In this document: in pieces, positions 26,679-36,284 of the stretch
How positions within the stretch are numbered: position 1 is the stretch's first letter
Layout: each line of letters opens with the position of its first letter
Source of the DNA: a virus
Lineage: Duplodnaviria; Caudoviricetes
DNA length: 52,694 bases
Virus record (IMG/VR): IMGVR_UViG_3300037882_000444
Span: 1-52,694 of that record
Direction: 5' to 3' (one strand)
Program-made: the position numbers and the translations under genes
The notes under the pieces: model-generated
The model's database searches: none
What the model saw: the letters and a program-made list of their open reading frames with translations, nothing else
Told to the model about the DNA's origin: nothing

Positions 26679-27413
26679 TCAAGAATCAAAAAAGCTAACG
26701 TCGATATCAATTGTTTTTTCAACATTATCCACCATTAGGGTCAATACCTCTACTTCTTTAGCTTTGATGTCCTGAATAAACAGAATAATGTCCTTGTTCA
26801 GAGAAAGAGGAAGCTTATCAACGATCTTATAGCGATCTTTGATTGGAATGTCTTGGAAATTGAGAACCAAGTCGTCAAACTTGACACTCTTGATATATTT
26901 GACGATTTCGTAGGTGTAGATGTTCCCAATGCTCTTACCAAGCTCATCATCACCGTCTTTCTTGACGATATCTATAGTGGTTTGGATTACTTTGTTCTCC
27001 TGAGCCAGTGTAGGTGCATCTAGTTCGACTTTGATCTGATCTCCTATGGTTTTTGTGCTTATCAGTTTAAGCTTTTTGGCCTTTTCTAATACTTTTTCCA
27101 GATCTAGCTCTTCTTGGTCAAATTTATAAATTTTTCCGATGGAATCGATTCGAAGTTTTAAAATAATAGGGAGTTTATCACTAACTTTGATGTCATTGTT
27201 CCCTGTATTCGCAATGATGATGTCATTGATGATCTTGGTGAACTTAATAGAACCAACGGAACCATCAGCAATCGTGCTAATCAGATCTTTTTGCTGTTTG
27301 AAGGTTAATACAGAACATTCAACCTCTTTACCAGTTGATAAAATTTGAACTTTGCTTTTAACTTCTTTTAATTCCTCAATTTTATCTAAAAAGGATTTTA
27401 CATTTTCTTCCAT
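26679..27413 (-). CDS. Baseplate hub assembly protein (gp26-like)
   Basis: LTFKQQKDLI, DKLPIILKLRIDSIG, C-terminal SFF. Start at ATG 27413 (TAAATA-N5). Confidence 0.65.
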   Translation of the reverse strand: MEENVKSFLDKIEELKEVKSKVQILSTGKEVECSVLTFKQQKDLISTIADGSVGSIKFTKIINDIIIANTGNNDIKVSDKLPIILKLRIDSIGKIYKFDQEELDLEKVLEKAKKLKLISTKTIGDQIKVELDAPTLAQENKVIQTTIDIVKKDGDDELGKSIGNIYTYEIVKYIKSVKFDDLVLNFQDIPIKDRYKIVDKLPLSLNKDIILFIQDIKAKEVEVLTLMVDNVEKTIDIDVSFFDS

Positions 27414-27442
27414 ATTCCTATTTACAGAGACGGGTGGATTTA

Positions 27443-28174
27443 TCAAATATGAATTGCTTCACTCTTATCACCATCCTCAGACATTTTTTCGACGTAATAT
27501 TCAATCTCCAATGGAGTGCTCTGAAGCAGAAGTTCTCCACCTATTCTCTTACTAAGGTAGAAGATCACATCTTTGAAGTAATAGTCGTCAAAGTTCATGA
27601 ATAGTCCTTTGAGGAAATTCAATGGATCTGAAGAAAGGAAGTTGATTCTAAAATGCTCCAACATCGGGTTATCAACTGAGAATGTCTTATCATTCAATTT
27701 CTCAATATTGTGGAGGATTATGTTATACACATTCGCTGGAAGCTTATCTATAACTCTTTGTCTATCATAGAAAGACAAATTTGTCAGATCTATAGATATA
27801 CCAGATATGTTGATATATTTCAGAATATTGTATATTGGAATGGTGTCACTCAGTTCAAACTGGTTCGGAATTCCTATGACAATCTCCAAATCATCCTCCT
27901 TAATGAGCACATCATCTGATAATGGTCTGAATTGAGAGTTGATATATGATAGCTGTATCTTGGTAGGAGTATCCCCCACATTGAAGTTGAGAGTATAGGA
28001 TACATCATGCTCCCATGACTTGAGTAGATTCTTAAACTTCTCATGTATATCTGAACCTTTGAAAGAGTTGATATAATCCACAAAAACTTCGTAATGTCCT
28101 TTCTGTAAAGCATCTGTGACTGCTTTAAGTTCGGAAAAGGTTATCTTATATCTGTTCATAATTCTCGCATCCAA
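27443..28174 (-). CDS. Putative baseplate hub assembly protein (gp26/gp51-like)
   Basis: Position; C-terminal LLQSTPLEIEYYV resembles gp51. Confidence 0.45.
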   Translation of the reverse strand: MDARIMNRYKITFSELKAVTDALQKGHYEVFVDYINSFKGSDIHEKFKNLLKSWEHDVSYTLNFNVGDTPTKIQLSYINSQFRPLSDDVLIKEDDLEIVIGIPNQFELSDTIPIYNILKYINISGISIDLTNLSFYDRQRVIDKLPANVYNIILHNIEKLNDKTFSVDNPMLEHFRINFLSSDPLNFLKGLFMNFDDYYFKDVIFYLSKRIGGELLLQSTPLEIEYYVEKMSEDGDKSEAIHI

Positions 28175-28742
28175 AGGTTACGGATTTGATCTTGAAGTCT
28201 GTGCTCTCGTAGTTCAAGGTATATCCTTCTACTGCGGTTGGGAATATCTTATTGAATTTGAATCCCTTCATGAATCCACCACTATTAGTGTATTGCTTAA
28301 CTGACATGCTACCCTTTAAGGATACACCCTCTTCAATCAATCCCTTGATTCCTATTGCAATCATCCAAGGTCTAAAGAAGTTATGTTCGATATCCATCTC
28401 TGTCTCCAAGAAGTTTACAGAAAATGAACGATCCAAGAAGTTTGATCTATTATTCAGACCATACCCCGGAAGGAATCCACCCATAGTAGAACCAGACTCT
28501 AATGCTGAGAAGTTGGATGACTCATTTGGTAATGCTACTTCTTGAGCAACCAAGATATTGCCAGTTTTAGTCATAGATCCCGGTGAAGTTCTAGCTTGCC
28601 ACTTTTCTCCACCCTCACTCAATACACTATTAATAGATCCTTCACTTACTCCGTCTATAGTAACTGTCCATAGAACAGGTAGATGGAGAAAGAACTTCTG
28701 GTCGTTCGCAAATGCAGAAAAGAACTCGTTGATATCGGTCAC
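28146..28742 (-). CDS. Tail tube-like protein (gp19/gp54 family)
   Basis: SVNFLET..FFRPWM..FNKIFPTAV..SVTF tube-fold pattern. Confidence 0.65.
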   Translation of the reverse strand: MTDINEFFSAFANDQKFFLHLPVLWTVTIDGVSEGSINSVLSEGGEKWQARTSPGSMTKTGNILVAQEVALPNESSNFSALESGSTMGGFLPGYGLNNRSNFLDRSFSVNFLETEMDIEHNFFRPWMIAIGIKGLIEEGVSLKGSMSVKQYTNSGGFMKGFKFNKIFPTAVEGYTLNYESTDFKIKSVTFGCENYEQI

Positions 28743-28757
28743 AGAAGTATTTAACTA

Positions 28758-28795
28758 TAAAAACGAAAAACCCAACCTCATTACAAGGTTGGGTT
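28758..28795 (-). terminator. Intrinsic terminator after tail tube gene
   Basis: AACCCAACCT-N7-AGGTTGGGTT followed by a T-rich tract. Confidence 0.8.
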
Positions 28796-28812
28796 CTCCA
28801 ATAGGGGTTTTA

Positions 28813-29379
28813 TTACTTGGCAAAGTTCTCATACCAGTGATATGAGAATGTGCAAGGTATAGTTAGAACTTCACCAGTTCCGTCAGCGATCTGATATTGG
28901 ACTTCTCCAATGTCTCGGATGGAAACACCAACAAACTTAACTTGTTCGATGACTTCCATACCTTGTCCACCTGAATTACCTTGTCCACATGGAACAGAGA
29001 GTAAATCTAGGATAATATAGGCTTCTGGTCCCGGCATACACATTTGGCCAGTTGTAGTCTCATTGTCGAATGCTGTTCTTGAAGCAACTTCCAGTTTCTT
29101 ACGAAGATCAAGATCTGCTGTATGATAAAATTCCACGCTATAGCCTTCACTATTAGGGTAAGTAGATTTACCATTTAAATTAAATTGTTGGCCAGAGTAA
29201 TTTACTGTCTTATTCTCAATATTTCTTCCGGGTAGTGCTGCCGTTCTGGCAAATACTAGATCAGTCTCCCCATCTAATTGAAGTCCGGGTAAGGAAATTT
29301 GCTTAACACGCATAAAGAAGTCCCTTGCGAACTGTCTTTGTGAAGCCATGTTAAAGAATGTGTTGATATTGGCGGGCAT
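28813..29379 (-). CDS. Tail tube protein (gp19-like)
   Basis: Follows the sheath gene; ARTAALPGR, C-terminal TFSYHWYE. Confidence 0.8.
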   Translation of the reverse strand: MPANINTFFNMASQRQFARDFFMRVKQISLPGLQLDGETDLVFARTAALPGRNIENKTVNYSGQQFNLNGKSTYPNSEGYSVEFYHTADLDLRKKLEVASRTAFDNETTTGQMCMPGPEAYIILDLLSVPCGQGNSGGQGMEVIEQVKFVGVSIRDIGEVQYQIADGTGEVLTIPCTFSYHWYENFAK

Positions 29380-29383
29380 ATTA

Positions 29384-30022
29384 TTATTTATCTATTGGAA
29401 TAAATTTTATAGTGAAACCTTTAGCTGTTTCGACTTTTTTCTGATAAAGTTTGGACAATGCCATGTTAGACATTAATTTATCTGGTGATGTGTGGACTTC
29501 CTTTTGGGAATTAAACGGACCATACTCCACACCATCTTTAATCAAATAAAAAGGAGGATATTTATTTTTACGATACTCGGCAGTTGCAGCCCAAGCTTTT
29601 TCGCGTATAGCCTCCATCAAGTGAGGCTTCTCTTTGTGTAATTTCTTAGCTGAGTCTGATTGTAGCTTTTTAGTTTCCTCTGATCTCTTCTTGCCTTTAT
29701 TAAATTCATGAGCTTGCCAAGGATTAGTATTAATTTTTCCACCCATAGATTGTTTAGCTAAATTTACACAATTATCAAGTCCAAAATGTTCATCTAAATA
29801 TGTCTGTTCCACATTCAATAAATCTTTATCTTCAGATACTTCCTCTATAATAGAAAATATTAAATATTCCTCCCCATATTTGTTATATATAGATTGAATT
29901 ATTCTATTCTTATGTATTTGTCTTTTCAATTCTCTGAGATGTCTCCATCTACGGTCCCTTAAATTCTTGGTTGATCCGATGTAATATCTATCACCCATTT
30001 GTATTTTATATATCACTCTCAT
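29384..30022 (-). CDS. Free-standing GIY-YIG homing endonuclease
   Basis: VIYKI..YYIGST..RRWRH, EQTYLD, one NUMOD3-like SEETKK. Start at ATG 30022 (TAAATA-N5). Confidence 0.88.
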   Translation of the reverse strand: MRVIYKIQMGDRYYIGSTKNLRDRRWRHLRELKRQIHKNRIIQSIYNKYGEEYLIFSIIEEVSEDKDLLNVEQTYLDEHFGLDNCVNLAKQSMGGKINTNPWQAHEFNKGKKRSEETKKLQSDSAKKLHKEKPHLMEAIREKAWAATAEYRKNKYPPFYLIKDGVEYGPFNSQKEVHTSPDKLMSNMALSKLYQKKVETAKGFTIKFIPIDK

Positions 30023-30057
30023 AAGGTTATTTAATTGAGTTGTATGCAATTTTCAAG

Positions 30058-30092
30058 AAAAAAATGGGAGATTTTTAAAAATCTCCCATTTT
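30058..30092 (-). terminator. Terminator after sheath gene (32-bp perfect palindrome)
   Basis: AAAATGGGAGATTTTT/AAAAATCTCCCATTTT at 30061-30092, with a U-tract on the minus strand. Confidence 0.8.
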
Positions 30093-30106
30093 ATGATTAT
30101 TTCAAA

Positions 30107-32437
30107 TTATCCAATTAATTCTTCGAAATTAGCATCAGTGCGGGTTGCAATGAAGGTAACGATGATGAATTCAGCGGTTCTCACTGGTTTGATATAGATA
30201 TCTGCTCTTAGTTCGTTACTGTCGATAACTTGTGGAGTGTTATTACGTTCATCACAGACGATGAGGTAGTCATACACACCTTCGTTTTGCTTCGCATATT
30301 CGAAGATCGGAGTTAGAGTGTTTACGAAACGTGTTCTTGTGAACTCAGTGTTTGGTTCGAATACGAAGAAGATAGAAGCCTTCTTAGTAGGACGTTCCAG
30401 AGCAAAGAAGCAACGACGAACATTGATTCTGTCAAATGCACTTGGTTTTCTACTTAGGGTCTTTTGACCGAAGATAGCCATACCTTGTGATGGGCTGAAT
30501 AAGACAGGGTTGATACTTGACTTGTAAAGTTCATCACGTTGTTTTTGGTTTGGAGTGATTGCAATGTTCACAACATTACCACTTACCAATCCTCTAGTAT
30601 AACCAGCAGGTGCGCTCCATGGGAACTCAGCAGCGTCGTTTCTTGCATAACATGCAGCAGCAACACTTGAGAATGGAACCCAAATCTTATCACCTAGGAA
30701 TTCGTCATAGATTTGCGCCCAATTTCCATAGGTTGCTCCGTATGAGGTATTCTCAAGTTCGAATTGATGTCTGATAGCCCAATAGATGTCAGTTTGGAAG
30801 TTCTTAGTTCTGTCAGCAAGAACCTTAGTATTGCTTCCAACGATCATGATGTGTCTGATTGGATCAGCGATTACCATACAGTCACCACGACCACCAGTGT
30901 TACTTGGAAGATTACAGAAGTTTTCAAACACATTGAAGATTGTGCTATAATCCGCTCTGATGTTTTCACCAGTTGCTCCAAGAGTATTGGAAGTTCTAAG
31001 AGTTGCCATAGCACCACTCAATGTAGCGTTATAGATAGTATCATCGTAATATGCAGATGAAAGGATTTCAGTAACTACGTGAATAGTTCCAAGTCCAGCT
31101 TCAACCACAACATCGATGTCGTAGATTTCGTCATTCTTGACAGCTTCGATTGCTCTTGTAAGTTTACCCGGAATTGATCCAAGGTCTTTAGAAGAGATAG
31201 TAGCACCACCGTATGTTCCAACAGGGTAGATATTGTCAGCATAACCAAGATTGGTTACAAGTGCTGCAAGTGAGTTTGTGTGGATACCTGAAGATGTCAG
31301 ATCATTTCCATTAACTAGAGCGTTAGTAAGAACACGAACCTTTTTCTTTGGAAGACCATCAACACCGATTGAAGTAACTCCATACTTGTTGGAGATATAT
31401 GGGTTGACCAGAACTTCGATATTTCTATCGTTAGAGTCTTGGTTTTCAAGGAAGAAGGAAATTTGTGGTCCGCCAGCTTGGTTAGGGATTTGTCTGTAGT
31501 AGTCGATTGAACCAACAACAGCACCTTCAAGGACATAATCCAGTTTGAAAGACTCAGTAGCATATAGACTCTTGCGAAGTTTGAATACACCAATGTTTAG
31601 AAGATCATCATCATCTCTACCGTCAATGTTGTAGTCGGTAAGGTTCTCCATGATTTGAGAGATACTACCAGACGCACCAGTTGGGGTTGAGCTTAGTTTG
31701 AATTGGAAGGTTCCAAGTGGGATGTCAGTATAACTCACTGCACCGTTACCGATGTAGGTTGAGGAAACACTGACTGTCTTAGCACCGATGACAGCATCAT
31801 AGTTGGATGCTGGGTTTAGATTGAAGTTGTCGGCAATACCAACATAGTAACCTTCAAACTGACTATTGATAGTAGTTTGAGACTTGTTGGTGATGATGAT
31901 CGCAGCTTTACCTAAGTTGGCAATTGAGCTTAGGTCGTTTGTATTACATCCAGACTGACTCCATGTGAATAGAGAACCATCTTGAAGCGCAAGATATTGT
32001 TCTTCAGTAAGTTCTAAGTGAACCGGAGCACCAACAACCACAACACTTGCAGATAAGGAGTTGATATCGCTGAAGTCAACACCGATACTTGAAAGGTTAG
32101 CATTGTATGTATTAGCTGGATACGCTAGAGCGGAATAGGTAGAACCAAATCCAGCACCGCTTCCAGCACCATAAGGAAGACGGGAAGTATAGATATTTGC
32201 TGGAGAATTCAGAAGCTCTCTGATACCATGATAGAAATATCGCTCCGCACTATTAGTAGGAGTTCCATAAATCTGATCTAGTTCGCTTCGTGAAGTAATC
32301 TTTAGGACTTCATCGGTTGGGCCTTGTTGGGCATAACCAGCGATGAAGACATTAGTTCCAACATTTTGTTGAGCCACCACGGAAATATCCTTTTCGAATA
32401 TTTCTACACCGGGGGATAAAATTGTTCTTGTTGCCAT
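30107..32437 (-). CDS. Tail sheath protein (gp18-like)
   Basis: LSPGVEIFEKD, PWSAPAGYTRG, GQKTL, FDRINVRR, FEPNTEFTR, IKPVRTAEFI. Confidence 0.95.
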   Translation of the reverse strand: MATRTILSPGVEIFEKDISVVAQQNVGTNVFIAGYAQQGPTDEVLKITSRSELDQIYGTPTNSAERYFYHGIRELLNSPANIYTSRLPYGAGSGAGFGSTYSALAYPANTYNANLSSIGVDFSDINSLSASVVVVGAPVHLELTEEQYLALQDGSLFTWSQSGCNTNDLSSIANLGKAAIIITNKSQTTINSQFEGYYVGIADNFNLNPASNYDAVIGAKTVSVSSTYIGNGAVSYTDIPLGTFQFKLSSTPTGASGSISQIMENLTDYNIDGRDDDDLLNIGVFKLRKSLYATESFKLDYVLEGAVVGSIDYYRQIPNQAGGPQISFFLENQDSNDRNIEVLVNPYISNKYGVTSIGVDGLPKKKVRVLTNALVNGNDLTSSGIHTNSLAALVTNLGYADNIYPVGTYGGATISSKDLGSIPGKLTRAIEAVKNDEIYDIDVVVEAGLGTIHVVTEILSSAYYDDTIYNATLSGAMATLRTSNTLGATGENIRADYSTIFNVFENFCNLPSNTGGRGDCMVIADPIRHIMIVGSNTKVLADRTKNFQTDIYWAIRHQFELENTSYGATYGNWAQIYDEFLGDKIWVPFSSVAAACYARNDAAEFPWSAPAGYTRGLVSGNVVNIAITPNQKQRDELYKSSINPVLFSPSQGMAIFGQKTLSRKPSAFDRINVRRCFFALERPTKKASIFFVFEPNTEFTRTRFVNTLTPIFEYAKQNEGVYDYLIVCDERNNTPQVIDSNELRADIYIKPVRTAEFIIVTFIATRTDANFEELIG

Positions 32438-32495
32438 AGAACTATTTATCTTTTCTTGAACTAATTTCCTGAATGATTAAATACAGTATTTCGTT

Positions 32496-33077
32496 TTACT
32501 GTTCTTCTAAGAGATTTAAGTGCATCTGTGAATATAAGAAAGTGAACCCACTTTCGATCTCTTCGCCCTGATCACTCTTTTGATTGAAGGTAATACCATC
32601 AAGAGTGGTTGGGAATGCTTTGGTATATGTGAAGCTGATTCTTTTCTTACCATATTCATCCAAACCGTAAACAGTGAGGTCAGTTTGGTAGTCGTTGAAG
32701 TTGGCATCCTCTGGGATTAGACCTTGTTGGTTATATATACCAGTTTTCTCATCATGTAGCAAATTCAACCATCTATAAATGGTATGGTAGTTATTATACA
32801 TGGAATCTACAGTAAATTTTATGTTTACTGGTGGGTATGAGTCTTTACTGAACGAACTTATATATAGAGTCGAACCAGCAAAACGTGTTTCGATACCTTT
32901 AACAGTGATTTCAGGCACAATTGTTCCAAATACGGAGAATTGGACACTATCAGGGATAACAGTCTTATCGCCTCTATTGTATTTCTTAGCAATTGGCTTC
33001 ATTATAGGTGGCAAGTCGAAGACAAGTATAAACTTGTCTGCGCGTGCTTTGTTTAGGACCGATTGATGAACACTCAT
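32496..33077 (-). CDS. Tail completion / tube-like protein (gp3/gp19 fold)
   Basis: FTVDSMYNNYHTIYRWL, FTYTKAFPTTL. Confidence 0.65.
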   Translation of the reverse strand: MSVHQSVLNKARADKFILVFDLPPIMKPIAKKYNRGDKTVIPDSVQFSVFGTIVPEITVKGIETRFAGSTLYISSFSKDSYPPVNIKFTVDSMYNNYHTIYRWLNLLHDEKTGIYNQQGLIPEDANFNDYQTDLTVYGLDEYGKKRISFTYTKAFPTTLDGITFNQKSDQGEEIESGFTFLYSQMHLNLLEEQ

Positions 33078-33085
33078 GAAAATAT

Positions 33086-34885
33086 TTAACTAAATAATCT
33101 TTCGTAGGACTCCCATTGAGAATCATTGAATGTTCTTGATGGATCATTGTATGGCATACCTCCACCACCGACAAATGACCAACCATCTGCCTTCAATTGT
33201 TCCATTTCACCAACACCTTCAGTAAATGGTGATCCAAATGCCATAGGAGACAGTCTTGATTGCTCGATTCTGTCAACTTGTTCATTAGAATAGATGGAAG
33301 TTGGGTTTTCAAAGTAACCAATACCAAAATCCAATGGTGTTATAACTAGAGGCTTTCCACATTGGTCATATTCTTCAACAGTGAACCATCTTTCACATAA
33401 ATCTTTGTCTAAGATCATCAATGCCCAGATCAATGCCATAGTTCTATCGTCATGCTTACCAGAAATAGCTTGCCAAGTGTCATTGACCTTAACGAAGTCT
33501 TTGAAAAGCTCTTCAAGAGAGTGTTCATTTCTCAATACAACTGCTGATTGGTCAGAATAGTAGTATCTTGCATTAGAACATGCATAGTATTTGGTGTTGC
33601 GGGATGATACCATACCAAATAACTCCAAATTCTTACGCCCAGCCAGTTTGGAACCCCAATTAACCATTCTAGGATATCCAAAGTCGAATCCTAAGCGGTC
33701 AGCTACTTGTCCACCTTGGTTGTTTCGTTCAATACATACTAAAGGACTGCCCCAATGCTGTAATATTTCATATACCTTGTTGGAGAACTCCATAACTGGT
33801 ATTGTGTTGTCATAATACTCAGCAACTTCAGTAATTTCTCTCAAATCGGTGATATCAAGCACTTTAATAACAGAATAGTCACCACCAACACCTTCGGCAA
33901 CGTCAACACCAGCAACATATAGTCTGCTTGCATCAGGATGTTCCCAAATCTGATACTTTCCGTCCATTAGGACTTCAACTGGCTTTCTGATTTGTTTCTT
34001 TAGGTTATTATAGAGATTTTCACTCAGAGATGATGTTCCACTGTTAATGAACTCACATTCATACTCCTGTCTCCATTTTTCTTCGGAAGCAAGACCACCT
34101 TTGATCTTTTCTGCCCATTTCTCTGTTCTACCCGGAACTTCGTTCCAAATGATCTTATCATTAGACCAACCTTGACCATCTTTACCTTCAACAGACCCAG
34201 AATAGAGTTGGTGAAAGAGATTACCTGTTCCATTTGGAGTTGAACACATGAATACCTTACCATTTGGAATAGATGATACAATTGGGAATACAGATGCCCA
34301 GAATGGGTCCATTAAGTGTTCTTCGATGAATGCAGCTTCATCAATAACTAGAATATTACAAGATTGACCACGGGCAGCGGTTCCAGTTGTTGTAGAAATA
34401 GATATTCTTGATCCATTCTCTAATCCCATGGAAGTTTTACCATAGCCACCGAGACTTTCGTCAATAGGAGACTTAATCCAGTTCGGCATCATCTCGTATG
34501 CCATTCTAATACGTGTGAAAATTTCAATAGCAGTCGCTTCTTTGTTGGCAACTAGAAGAATCTTGTTGTCATTATAGAAAAGAGCAGTCCATAGTAGATA
34601 AATGGTCATCAGAGTTGACTTACCAACCTGTCTGCTTGCTAATAGAATGAAATATGGGTCTTTCCTCATCTTTTTGAGGATTCTTCTCTGTGCAGCGTAG
34701 AGTTTAATCTTCTCTTTTCCCTTACCCGGTATAAGAATGTAGAAATAGTTCTCCGCAAAGTGTAAAATGTCTGATTTACACTTCTCGATTTCAGAAACCA
34801 TCTCCGCAGTATATTCAAACTCCGCACCTCTCGATGGGACGTTTGGATTACCCATGTAGAATTTATCTTTTTTGACCTTTGGCAT
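33086..34885 (-). CDS. terL: Terminase large subunit (gp17-like)
   Basis: SRQVGKST, VIDEAAF, STPNG, QEYECEF, GVDVAEGVGGDYS, HDDRTMA. Confidence 0.95.
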   Translation of the reverse strand: MPKVKKDKFYMGNPNVPSRGAEFEYTAEMVSEIEKCKSDILHFAENYFYILIPGKGKEKIKLYAAQRRILKKMRKDPYFILLASRQVGKSTLMTIYLLWTALFYNDNKILLVANKEATAIEIFTRIRMAYEMMPNWIKSPIDESLGGYGKTSMGLENGSRISISTTTGTAARGQSCNILVIDEAAFIEEHLMDPFWASVFPIVSSIPNGKVFMCSTPNGTGNLFHQLYSGSVEGKDGQGWSNDKIIWNEVPGRTEKWAEKIKGGLASEEKWRQEYECEFINSGTSSLSENLYNNLKKQIRKPVEVLMDGKYQIWEHPDASRLYVAGVDVAEGVGGDYSVIKVLDITDLREITEVAEYYDNTIPVMEFSNKVYEILQHWGSPLVCIERNNQGGQVADRLGFDFGYPRMVNWGSKLAGRKNLELFGMVSSRNTKYYACSNARYYYSDQSAVVLRNEHSLEELFKDFVKVNDTWQAISGKHDDRTMALIWALMILDKDLCERWFTVEEYDQCGKPLVITPLDFGIGYFENPTSIYSNEQVDRIEQSRLSPMAFGSPFTEGVGEMEQLKADGWSFVGGGGMPYNDPSRTFNDSQWESYERLFS

Positions 34886-34897
34886 ATATTATAAACA

Positions 34898-34912
34898 TAT
34901 TTATAGTAAATA
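34898..34912. promoter_or_regulatory. Back-to-back divergent late-type promoters
   Basis: TATTTA-TAG-TAAATA between terL and the plus-strand gene; the minus-strand copy is the full T4 late consensus TATAAATA. Confidence 0.75.
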
Positions 34913-34918
34913 GTATAT

Positions 34919-35872
34919 ATGAGCAGAAAAGAACTTACTTCCATCGGTGAAGTCTATGGAAAAATGTTGAATAATTTCAAATATAACCATATCAAAGAGA
35001 GCAATTCCAATGCATTTGGTGATCAACCTAAGCTAGTTGGTAAAGGTCCAGACACAGATGGATATAATAAGGCACTTAATGACGAGAAACCGGAAGAGTG
35101 TGAAGAGGACGAAGAAGATGTCGAGTCCACAAAGAGGCAAGACACTACTCAGAAACTCAAAGCTAAGTTGAATGATCCGAAACTTTCTCCAGAAGCCAAG
35201 AAAAAACTTCAAAAACAGATTGATTTGAGAACAGCCGAAGAATCAGAGGAAGAAATTGTCTCTGAATCAAAAAAAATCACCAAAAGAACACTAAATAACT
35301 TCATGAGCAAATCAGTGTTCGATAAACTATACAATAAAGTCCTTAAAGAAAATTTCGGTCAAGAGGATGATACCGATGCACTAGGTCTTTCCGATGCTAC
35401 CCCAGATTCCGAATTTGGTGATGAAGGCTTTGGAGACGAAGGTGAAGACGATCTAGGTGGAGAAGGTGACGAAGTTACTTTCAGTCTTCCTAGAGATGTG
35501 GCACAACAATTAATTGATGTTCTTCAAGGTGTCCTAGGTGGCGGCGAAGAAGACTTTGGTGATGAAGGTGGAACAGATGATCTAAACTTCGATGACGAAG
35601 GCGCAGATGATTTTGGTGTTGAAGAAGATGAAATGTCTTTTGAAGAAGACGAAGAAGAAGGAACGAAAGTTGCTCCTGACAAAAAGAAAGTCTTCCAAGC
35701 TAAATCCAACAAGGTTTCTGGACCTCCAGCACCTAAGAGTGGTAAAGCCAAGTCTGACATCACAGATGAAACTGGAACTAAAGATGGAGCACCTCCAATT
35801 ACTGCCCTACAAGGTAAGAGTAATCAGGTTCCCGGTTCAACCCTCAAAAAAGCTACCGACTACTTTAAGTAA
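34919..35872 (+). CDS. Highly acidic protein, putative prohead core/scaffold
   Basis: D/E-rich tracts; IKES, VSES, LKEN putative processing sites; late-type promoter. Confidence 0.6.
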   Translation: MSRKELTSIGEVYGKMLNNFKYNHIKESNSNAFGDQPKLVGKGPDTDGYNKALNDEKPEECEEDEEDVESTKRQDTTQKLKAKLNDPKLSPEAKKKLQKQIDLRTAEESEEEIVSESKKITKRTLNNFMSKSVFDKLYNKVLKENFGQEDDTDALGLSDATPDSEFGDEGFGDEGEDDLGGEGDEVTFSLPRDVAQQLIDVLQGVLGGGEEDFGDEGGTDDLNFDDEGADDFGVEEDEMSFEEDEEEGTKVAPDKKKVFQAKSNKVSGPPAPKSGKAKSDITDETGTKDGAPPITALQGKSNQVPGSTLKKATDYFK

Positions 35873-35898
35873 TCGCTAATTAAAAACTTAACCCAAAA

Positions 35899-35930
35899 CA
35901 AGCTCGCTCTAAACAGCGGGCTTTTTTGTT
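35899..35930 (+). terminator. Intrinsic terminator
   Basis: AAGCTCGCT-CTAAAC-AGCGGGCTT followed by TTTT. Confidence 0.8.
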
Positions 35931-35941
35931 AAATAGATATA

Positions 35942-36280
35942 GTGAAATCCTTCCGCCAGTTCTTTCTTGAATATCGTCATAATCTTGCCGATGGAACTCC
36001 TTCTCAGTCTATCCAAGCCACAAACGGTAAAGATCCTAATAGAGTATTGAGTAGAAAACATTCTAATACTCAAGCTAAGGAATATCAAGCACTAAATCCA
36101 AAGACTCAAGTTCTTGGTGCTATATTTGCAGGACAGGAATTGGCTAATTTGATGAATGACTATAATTTCACCAAATATGATGAGGGAACCATACATAAGA
36201 TCAAAAACAGTCCATTTGCTCTTCAGATGTATTCCGATAATAGAGGTCAACCGACTGGACGCATCATAAAGGTTAAATAA
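35942..36280 (+). CDS. Hypothetical protein with capsid-targeting-like N-terminus
   Basis: MKSFRQFFLE; TAAATA-N6-GTG upstream. Confidence 0.65.
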   Translation: MKSFRQFFLEYRHNLADGTPSQSIQATNGKDPNRVLSRKHSNTQAKEYQALNPKTQVLGAIFAGQELANLMNDYNFTKYDEGTIHKIKNSPFALQMYSDNRGQPTGRIIKVK

Positions 36281-36284
36281 CTTT

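Noticed and set aside
29384-30106. Group I intron around the endonuclease between sheath and tube
   Set aside because: The sheath ends normally and is followed by a terminator; the tube has its own promoter and start; there is no flanking space for an intron core.
33086-34885. Intein or intron in terminase
   Set aside because: ATPase and nuclease motifs are continuous at normal length; no intein splice motifs were seen.
35877-35895. TAATTAAAAACTTAACCC as an eleventh promoter box
   Set aside because: Lacks the invariant CC and the fixed-distance start codon; lies between a stop codon and a terminator.
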